Assembly: GCA_002189035.1 (NCBI GenBank)
Contig: NEEC01000012.1
Span: 1,984,001-2,048,000 of the forward strand
Origin: Utricularia gibba
Taxonomy: Eukaryota; Plantae; Magnoliophyta
DNA length: 64,000 bases
Direction: 5' to 3'
Shown: positions 49,751-58,682 of the stretch, in pieces
How the letters are laid out: the number at the start of each line of letters is the position of its first letter
Position numbering within the stretch: position 1 is the stretch's first letter
Notes under the pieces: generated by a model
Databases searched by the model: none
Told to the model about the DNA's origin: nothing
What the model saw: the letters and a program-made list of their open reading frames with translations, nothing else
Made by a program: the position numbers and the translations under genes

Positions 49751-49872
49751 AGCTGTGCCAAAACGCGAAAAGCGAGGTTCCATTGTGGGATCCCGCTCGA
49801 TAAGTATTTGGCTGACATGTTTCTGTGGCTGGTTTAAGGGGAGCATCACATCATCTATGCCATACGCCAAAC
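49751..49872 (-). ncRNA. H/ACA box snoRNA, predicted guide for 5.8S rRNA pseudouridylation
   Basis: H box ACAGAA (49826-49821). The 3' hairpin has lower stem GCCAAA/UUUGGC, upper stem AGCGGG/CUCGCU and pocket strands UAUCG and UUUCGC, which pair with plant 5.8S GCGAAA-UG-CGAUA; the pocket lies 14 nt from the ACA (49756-49754). The 5' end is approximate. Confidence 0.72.
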
Positions 49873-50260
49873 GCTAGTAAGGACATATGCATCATTGAGC
49901 TCAAGACATCCCTAACCCAGCAAGAGGTATCAGAAAGAAACCGAAAACAAAAATGTCAGGAACAGGGGCACCTAAACATGGAGGGAAGAATCACGAATCA
50001 GCTCAAAAACCACAGTTCAAGTCCCATATCCCGTTGCTACACCAATGTCGGAGGTATTCCAATCAGAACTGCATGCTTGAAATGACGAACCGACTACCAT
50101 ATGCTAAAAGATAGTATCCATCCCACTCGGGTTCCTATACAATGGAGAACGGCAGGGACTGAAGCCTACACTTCACATGAATTTTGAATGTATCATTGAA
50201 ATGGCAGCAACCGGGCATTGGGATCGCAAATATGCGAAAGGGGAAGATGAGCATCGGAAG

Positions 50261-50394
50261 ATATGTAGTCAACCGCTACGGAGTAAAAGCCCCACGATCA
50301 GAGACCCACTCGACCTTAAAGTTGATACTCTTTTCTTGCAGCTGGTTTCAGGAAGCATGCCGTGTATCATGCATGCAGGACATCAAACCGCTGC
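50261..50394 (-). ncRNA. H/ACA box snoRNA (target not identified)
   Basis: 134 nt: hairpin (GCAGC-GGUUU/AAACC-A-GCUGC with upper GCAUGC/GCAUGC), H box AGAAAA (50336-50331), second hairpin (UCAAC/GUUGA, pocket, GAGUGGG-GUCUC/GGGGC-UUUACUC), then ACAUAU with the ACA 14 nt from the pocket. The G:U pairs work only on the minus strand. Confidence 0.62.
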
Positions 50395-50684
50395 TTAACC
50401 AGCATACACGAAAATTCATGCAAGAAAAAGAAAAGGAAAAGCAAACTCTCCGATGGAAACGTAAACACAACGCCCAACAACTTAAAAGACAGGGAAACAG
50501 GAAACATTATAACCCACAGAGCTTCCACGAGTCTTCAAACTGAGATAAGTTGCAGCTGCATTGTGTAAACGAGGATTCGCCACCACGTTTCAACTGTCGT
50601 TCGCCATTTTCAGATCTGAAAACGGAGACGGGAAGAGAAAGGCAAAATTGGCAAGCGAGAGGGCTCCAGAGTCCAGACCAAAAC

Positions 50685-50699
50685 TAGGGTTCATTTATA
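50685..50699 (-). promoter_or_regulatory. TATA box and telo-box of the presumed snoRNA host transcript
   Basis: Minus strand reads TATAAAT-G-AACCCTAG. Telo-boxes are characteristic of plant ribosomal-protein and snoRNA gene promoters. Confidence 0.55.
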
Positions 50700-51762
50700 A
50701 AGAATTACAATTTATCGGGTTATTTCTCTTGAATTAGAAATTTCGAAAAAAAAATATCAATAAAATTAAAAATTATTATTTTAAATGCAATAACAATCTT
50801 AATATATACGAAAAAGGAGATGGACCTTTGGAAACAAATCTTCAATCTTCAGTATTTGAATGTATTTTTATTTTTGTTAGCTGTTCGCTTGAAGTCCGGA
50901 GAGAAGGTAGGATAATCTGGGGTCCGTTGATTCTTCTGAGTTTCTTCTTCCTGACTACTCTCGCTTCCTCAGATGATCCCCTTCTTTTTCTCCTCGCATA
51001 TAGATGCACCGCGAGTACGTATAGGTTTCCCTGGGCTGAGCTTCCGCGATGTGCGTGTTTCTTGTTTTAATTGGGTTCATTGATTGCGTTTCTTAATTGG
51101 GTTTTCTCTGAAGATTCGCATTTATTTTGTGTTCTTCTCGAAAGTACGTGTTTATCTGTTTTTTACGCTATCGATTGAGCTCACCATTAGCTCCTTTTCG
51201 TACGTAAGTTGGGAAATTGTTGAATTTTAGCTGTACCCAGAACCATATTTTTGTTTTCTTTTTTCGGGGCTACCCGTTTGAGGTAATTCATGCATTCTTT
51301 GCTTCAAATGGGGTATCGATCCGCTGATCTGTTTAAGGATGAAAAATGTAAAAGCTTTGTCTTTTTTTTATGGTTTTAGAACATTTGTAAATTGGCGCAT
51401 TGGGAAACAAAGTGGGGGTGCTCTGAGGCTGTATTGAACATGATTGATGTAGCAGGGTGAATAAGAAAGTTCAAAGCTTTTCTGGCTTTTGATTGCTCTG
51501 TCGTTATCCATTTTGATTCCTTTTGTGATCTTTTTTGGCCATGGAGTTGTCTGCTCGGTGGCATTTTCTTGTATTAGGCATAGATTTTTGCTTTCCCTGA
51601 ACTCATATGATGACAATTGCAAATGCTTCCCATTAAATGGCTCAGCTTTTTCATCTTCTACATATGCATCTGTATTATGTTGCCGCCTGAATCCCCTTAT
51701 GCAAATTTTGTTGTTGGCATGTTGCAGATCACCTGGAATTGAAGCAATGTTAACACCTCAGG

Positions 51763-52887
51763 ATGGCCTTCCGATCATCACGGCTTCTTCGGAGGCGTTC
51801 TCCTCGATATCTCATTTTCCCTGTGCTCTTGATGCTTGTCCCCATATGTACCATAGGGATAGTTAGCCACCATCAGAAGATCTCATACTTCTTTAGACCT
51901 CTGTGGGATGAAGCCCCTGCTCCATTCCACACTCTGCCACATTATTATGCAGAGAATGTGTCCATCAAGCACCTGTGTCATCTTCATGGCTGGTCTGCGC
52001 GGTCGGAGCCCCGCCGTGTTTTTGATGGAATAATATTCAGCAATGAGCTCGACATTCTGGAAATCCGGTGGAATGAGCTTCTCCCTCATGTCACAAAGTT
52101 TGTGATACTTGAATCCAATACTACATTCACTGGCATCCCTAAGCCTCCCTTCTTCTTGGCCAACCAGCAGAGATTCTCCTTTGCAGAGGACAAGATCGTG
52201 CACGGTGTGTTCCCTGGTGAAATAGCGGTGGAGGGATCCAAAAGAGACCCTTTTCAGCTTGAAGCTGCACAGCGTGTGGCAATGAACTCCCTGCTTCGCC
52301 ATGCCGGAATCTCCGCCGGTGATCTCCTCATCATGTCGGACACAGATGAAATGCCGAGCCCCCACACCATCAAGCTACTGCAGTGGTGCGACGGATGGCC
52401 TCATCCACTCCATCTCGAGATGCGGCACTACATGTACTCATTCGAGTTCCCGGTGGATTACAGCAGCTGGCGCGCCACGGCGCACATCTTCAACGAGCGG
52501 ACGCAGTACCGGCACTCCAGACAGAGCAATTCCATCCTCTCCGACGCAGGGTGGCATTGCAGCTTCTGCTTCAGGTTCCTAGACGAGTTCGCTTTCAAAA
52601 TGAAAGCCTACAGCCACGCGGATCGGGTTCGACATAAGAGCTTCTTGGAGTACGACAGGATTCAGGAGCTGATATGCCGTGGAGAGGATCTGTTTGACAT
52701 GTTGCCGGAAGAGTACTCGTTCAAGCAGCTGATCAGCAAGATGGGAGCCATTCCCAGATCAGCTTCTGCAGTCCACATTCCTGCATCTTTGATCCAGTAT
52801 GCTGACGAATTCAGGTTCCTCCTCCCCGGAGGATGCCACCGGCGGCGATCCTCCAGTTCAGACTCTCCGCCGGCTAGGGGTCTTTGA
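51763..52887 (+). CDS. Glycosyltransferase family 17 (beta-1,4-mannosyl-glycoprotein 4-beta-N-acetylglucosaminyltransferase-like)
   Basis: Intact 374-aa ORF with an N-terminal signal anchor, [32 protein letters not shown] and [10 protein letters not shown] motifs; a probable 5' UTR intron ends at 51727. Confidence 0.93.
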   Translation: MAFRSSRLLRRRSPRYLIFPVLLMLVPICTIGIVSHHQKISYFFRPLWDEAPAPFHTLPHYYAENVSIKHLCHLHGWSARSEPRRVFDGIIFSNELDILEIRWNELLPHVTKFVILESNTTFTGIPKPPFFLANQQRFSFAEDKIVHGVFPGEIAVEGSKRDPFQLEAAQRVAMNSLLRHAGISAGDLLIMSDTDEMPSPHTIKLLQWCDGWPHPLHLEMRHYMYSFEFPVDYSSWRATAHIFNERTQYRHSRQSNSILSDAGWHCSFCFRFLDEFAFKMKAYSHADRVRHKSFLEYDRIQELICRGEDLFDMLPEEYSFKQLISKMGAIPRSASAVHIPASLIQYADEFRFLLPGGCHRRRSSSSDSPPARGL

Positions 52888-55744
52888 ATTTCAAGGCCAG
52901 AACTCCTCTCCTCCTTTTAGTTCAGGCAGCCGAGTAGTACGTACACTCACGCCATCTCTTTAATTTGTACTTTTTCTTATATCATTAGTACTAATTTGTA
53001 CTTTTATTTAAATGTACTTAAAAACGTGTGGCTAACTATTTGTAATACACATCGATACCTAACTAAAAATTTAAAATAATATGTTTAGTTGAAAATTCTT
53101 TAAAAATAGATGATTTATAATTTTAATTGTATGATTTAATAAAAAAAATTAGTAGAGTTAATCGGATACAATTGGAATTCTGAGTTCCGTACGGCTCTGG
53201 TTGGTTTCAGATTGATTTGGTATTTTTGAAATCGGCAAACTGCACTTTCAACTCATTTGGAACTGATAGAATCGATAGTTCGAAATTGTTGAATTGTCGA
53301 TTTAGATTTTAAATTTTAAATATTATTAAAACAAATTGAAAGTTAAATTAGTTTGATTAATTGAATCATAGTTAGTTAGTTGAATGGAATATTTATATTT
53401 TAAAACCATGGGTTAAAACATGTATATTGTATATATATCATATTTACAATTTTTTTTACTTTTTTTTTCATTTTTGACTTGTTTTTTAAGAAATTCATCT
53501 ATCTTCAAATTACTCTAAGTCAATCACGTTTAATTTTAGAATTCTTACCAAAGATTATATCCTATACATGGAAAAAAAATCTCATATAATGTTTAATTTT
53601 ATTATCTACCTCATCTGTAATCGATGTTAAATTTAATTTGATATTTTTAGTTATTTTTCTGGGTAAAAAACTATAATTTATTTATCATAATATAACAAAA
53701 AAAATACAGAACCATGATGTATTGAGTGATGGAATCAGCAAGTTCAAAACACCGTTGGATTGATCGATTAATCATTCAATTTTAAAATATCTTCACCAAA
53801 CAGTGAATTTATCATTAATTAAAAAATAAAAAATGCGGGAAAACTTATAGACCAGTGAGTGAGTGGAGGGGGAGGGCCCACCTCCTGGTCGGCAGTGACC
53901 AGTGTGTGGCGGCGCAAGCAGTTGGGAAGCTTCTCAACCACCCGGGAGTTAGAGTCGGGTTGTTCACCTTCCCGGCGCATTTATTGCGCCGATTAGGTTG
54001 TATCTTCAGACAACCCGCCAGAGAATTTTAGGGCTGCTTTCGCCATTTTTAGACACGAGCCTGCGAAATCATGTCGCGGTGTTATCTCGCATCGACCCTG
54101 TCTCTGACTCCATGCATAACTAATGTCTCTCCAGTGCCCATCGCCTCCAGCACAGTTAGAGTATGATCGCATTTGAGTGGTGTGTATAGTTGTGATCCGG
54201 AAACAAGATATAAAATTTGGTGATTGGAAACCCGAAGGAAGAATCCGGGGTATTCAATCAATGTAACAAAACGATGTGGAAACAAAAATATGAAATGTTT
54301 ATTAGAATAAAGAATAGCATATCGATATTTGAAAATAAAATAATAAATTATATAATAAATTATGAATTACTAATAATTGATTTGATCTAATTTTTTTAAA
54401 TATGTTTTAATTTTTTTTATGTATTTGAATTTTATATATATTCATTTGATCTATTGGATTCTTAATTACAATATTTTTCTTTCTAATTTCGAAGATAATA
54501 CTCAAAAGGTTTCAGTATGAACCTTTAAGCATATATGAAGTTTTTAAGAATGTCTTTCTACAATATCGAAAGGAACCTATTGGCCATGTTTCATTAAAAG
54601 TAAAGGAATTAAGTGGTTTAGGTTATTAAAGATTATGTATGTGTTTAGTTTAAAATAAAATATTTTTACCCAATTTTCTCATAAGATTTATTTATTTTTC
54701 ATTATATAAAGAAAATATCATGTTTTTGTTTTTTTCATAGATTTGATAAATCTTTATACCAAACACAAAAATATAATTTATATTCATTCAAATATGTCCA
54801 AACTGATCAACAAAACATGGCCCTAGTGTTACATTCAAACTTCAAATCATGAAAGATTATTCTACAAATAAGTAGTCTTCCATTAATCTCTAATACAGGT
54901 CCATTGCTGTATATGATCAAGATATGATGATAATATATTATTATATGTACAAAATTGCAAATATATACCAAATATATATATATATCTTCAGATATCTGGG
55001 TTTATCGAGGCTGATGGAATCTGATTTCGATCGTGTGCATTCGACCAGAGTTGCAGTAATTAATGAACTGCTGTCTTTTGAAACGGTAACTCCCTCCGGT
55101 TTCAGTGGAGACTTCCCGGTTTCTGATCCTCTCAGATTCCCCTGTAACTGGGATTGTCTGCTCGCTCAAACCCATCGTTCTTCTGCGCCATGGTCTGAGA
55201 AACCAGAACCAATGCAGTGTGTGTCAGCAAATTATCCACGTTTCCCTATGAGTTTGAAATTTCTTCATCCCTAGAGTCGAGGGTTGGTTGTAGCCTATGA
55301 GAGGAAGGTGTTAGCCTCCCTAATCGTTGAAAACCAGGATAATATAGATATCTTATAACGGTACTCTGAAATTCTTACAAAATTGATTTCTTTGTCTTGT
55401 TATAGAATGTGATTTTTGTAATGATTTCAGAATATTTGTTTAAATTTCGTTTATGGGTATGGTAGGAGGCCTACTTACCCTCGGAAAAACGATGGAATAT
55501 TGATTTTTTTTTTTTTACTATGAGCGCACGTAATGCGTATCCATGGAGTTTAGATCGAATGCTGAATGGGTAATTTGGCGTGTAGACCTTCCCCTCCCAC
55601 GGCATGCCTAATATGGGGAGTATTTTAGTGAATGGAGCTTCTAAAACAGAAGATAAAGTAATGGGGCAGCCACGAGTTGGGCGATGGGAGGGGAAGGTTG
55701 AGGGGTACCATCTTTTTCATTAAATTCATGGCGCATCCAACGTC

Positions 55745-55753
55745 TATATATAA
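55745..55753 (+). promoter_or_regulatory. Probable TATA box of FATB
   Basis: TATATATAA upstream of a leader exon ending in TTG|GTAAGG near 55924. Confidence 0.45.
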
Positions 55754-56587
55754 CTGTGTGTCGGGAAAACATCTACCCACCACGGAAAGTTCGAGTTTTT
55801 TCTCCCGTAGAGTGGCATAGACCTGGGAACAGAGTAGCAAGGTGACGGCAAACCCGGAATCTAGTTGCCATTGTCGCTCTCCTTTGCTGATTTTCATGAA
55901 TCTTGGCGAGGGCTGACTTGTTGGTAAGGTAAAGGAATTTCTTTTTCTCTTTTTATTTTTCCGGCCAATTGGTTTTTGTTGTGTTTTTTTTCCAATCTTT
56001 TGCCGATCTGGTAAAATTGGGGTTATTGGGTCTTCAATGGGTCTCCAGAATTTTGGTTGCCGTTTTCTTCTGGATGTGTTTGCTGTGTTTTGTATATTGG
56101 ATGATCAGATCTACGGCCTTTTTTTGCAAAAAATGTTTCATCTCGTTTGCCGTCTCTGTTGCAAGCTTGGTCTCTTTGACCTTTTTATGTAATCTCGGTG
56201 CCCAGATTGCTAGGTTCATAGATAATGCAATTTCTTGGTGCTTTACGGAGTATGTGGTATTTTTATTTTTGTTCAAAACTGAATCCTATTCATGCATTTG
56301 TTATAAATTTTCTTTTTTTCATATTTCTGTTCACCTGGGATCATTTTGGTATACATATCCTTATGGTTTGTTAACGCCCCTTCCGAATCTTTTTCATTAA
56401 GGAGATTCAAGTTGATTTCTTGAAGATTGTATGGTGTTGTGTCTCTGGGCCACCTTGTTGTGATGAATTTTTTCACATCTCCAGTGTCTTGACTCTCTAG
56501 AACTTTCATTCAGAGTACTTTTTTTTCAGGGTGCCTCCAATTCAACCTAGCACAGGCGTTCTACTCTCTGCTTGATAAGAAGAGAGC

Positions 56588-58322
56588 ATGGTAGCTACAG
56601 CTGCAGCTTCGGCATTTCTGTCAGTACCTTCTCCATCTTCTGAGTTCTCTGGAAAAAATGGTGGGAACACCCATCAACTGTTGATGTTGGTGGAGTTAGG
56701 ATTAAATCGAAATCTGCATCTTCGGGAGGATACAGGTTAAAGCAAACGCTCAAACCTCTTCGAAAGTCAATGGGACTAAAGTTGGATTCTTGGATGCTAC
56801 AAGGATAGATGATGAGGGGATCGTTTCTCACCCTCCAAGGACATTTATTAACCAGTTGCCCGATTGGAGCATGCTTCTTGCTGCCATTACCACTATCTTT
56901 TTAGCTGCCGAGAAGCAATGGATGATGCTTGATTGGAAACCAAAGCGGGCTGACATGCTTGTTGATCCATTTGGTTTGGGGAGGATTGTGGAGGACGGTT
57001 CCATATTTTGCCAGAACTTCAGTATTAGATCATATGAAATTGGGGCGGATCGAACAGCTTCAATAGAGACGTTAATGAATCACTTGCAAGTATATCCACA
57101 TCTTTTTACTATCCCTGTTGATCCATTTGTTGTGCGGCTTTTTTCCCTGCTTGCGAATTGTTAATACTCATCTCCTTGTTTGCTGGTAAACGTGCTCACT
57201 CCTTTAGGAAACAGCTCTAAACCATGTAAAGAGTGCTGGACTACTTGCCAATGGCTTTGGTTCAACACCGGAGATGTGCAAGCGGAATTTGATTTGGGTT
57301 GTTTCAAAGATGCAGGTTCTTGTAGACCGCTACCCTCAATGGTAAACATCACTGAATGAAATGGTGTGGTATTCCACTGGACATTTCTATGGATTTGACA
57401 TTGATTCAATGGCTATACTTGTTATTTTTGAAGGGGTGACGTTGTTCAGATAGAAACCTGGGTTGCGGCAGCCGGTAAGAATGGAATGCGTCGAGATTGG
57501 CATATCCGAGACTGCAATACAGGCGATACATTACTTCGAGCTACGAGGTTTGGTATTATGAACACGTTGAGTAGCTCATTCTTGTGCTGTAGTTTCATGG
57601 TAGGAACTTACAGAAGTCTCTGATCACCTTTTTTTTTGTTGTCCCTTGGATTAATGTCAGTGTTTGGGTGATGATGAATAAAGAAACAAGAAAGTTATCT
57701 AAAATTCCTGATGAGGTTCGAGAAGAAATTTGTGATTATTTTGTTGATTCGCCTCCGATAGTTGCTGAAGATGTCAGGAAGCTTCCTAAGCTCGATGCTA
57801 GTAATGCAGATCACTCCCGCACTGGCTTAAAGGTAAGCTGCAACCTCTTTTCCTGAAATAATGCTGCATTGTTTCTTGGAATCATTCATTTTTTTTTTTT
57901 CACTTGTAGCCTCGCTGGAATGATTTGGACCTCAACCAGCATGTGAACAATGTGAAGTACATTGGTTGGATTCTTGAGGCAAGATTCTTGTATTCTATTT
58001 GCGTACTTGGAGAATCTGGTATTGCACATTATGATCCGCATCAAAGTTACGATTTTGTGGTTGTGCTGTGTGTGTTCAGAGTACTCCACCATCAATTCTG
58101 GAGAAGCATGAGTTGGCTGGCCTGACACTCGAGTACCGGAGGGAGTGTACTCGGAGCAGCACCGTGGAATCCCACACCTCCGTCATCAACAAGGACGACG
58201 GAAGCTCCCCTCCAGAATGCCAGCACCTGCTTCTCCTCGAAGGAGGTGGTGAAATCGTGAAGGGGCGGAGCATCTGGCGCTCCAAGCTCGTCGACAGGGC
58301 GATCACTACACCTCCGGAGTGA
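56588..58322 (+). CDS. FATB: Palmitoyl-acyl carrier protein thioesterase, 6 coding exons
   Basis: MVATAAASAF, PRTFINQLPDWSMLLAAITTIFLAAEKQWMMLDWKP, FSIRSYEIGADRTASIET, GKNGMRRDW, DLDLNQHVNNVKYIGWILES, LTLEYRREC. Two apparent 1-nt deletions (56670-56672, about 56728) in the transit-peptide region; GC-AG last intron. Confidence 0.96.
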
Positions 58323-58682
58323 CCCACCAAGCTTCAGTCAGCCTCCACATACTTACCCGTATATCATGGCTGGATGTCATCTGGGGCTGCTGAGCTGCCG
58401 CCCTTGTCGTCTATACTACTTAAACGAGTATTAATTAGTGAGCATCTGCTTGTATTCGTTCATTGCTTGGGATGAAGAGACCACACAGTAAATTATGCCT
58501 CTTTATGCCTGGTGTTTATGGCTTGAATGTGTATACTTGAACTGAATGAAATGAAGGGCGGTTGTGGTGACGGCGCCAGGTTCCCAGTAAGAGTTCCCGT
58601 CAACTGTGGGGAAGATAACGTAGTAATTATACTGCGGTTTGTGAGGGAGTGAGTCCAGGGTGAAGCAGTCCTTGAGCGAGTC

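Noticed and set aside
49800-49860. CCCCTTAAACCAG as a possible telomerase RNA template
   Set aside because: It does not match a CUAAACCCU-type template, there is no Pol III USE, and the region is explained by an H/ACA fold.
54960-55330. Moderately GC-rich segment with 58-116 aa ORFs upstream of FATB
   Set aside because: No recognisable domain or splice pattern; it cannot be distinguished from a decayed fragment without a search.
4001-56729. Calling purH, MED15a, ETO1, XLG3, KNOX, DCL4 or FATB pseudogenes, or invoking programmed frameshifting
   Set aside because: A uniform -1 pattern in base runs with intact catalytic motifs and splice sites fits sequencing error far better.
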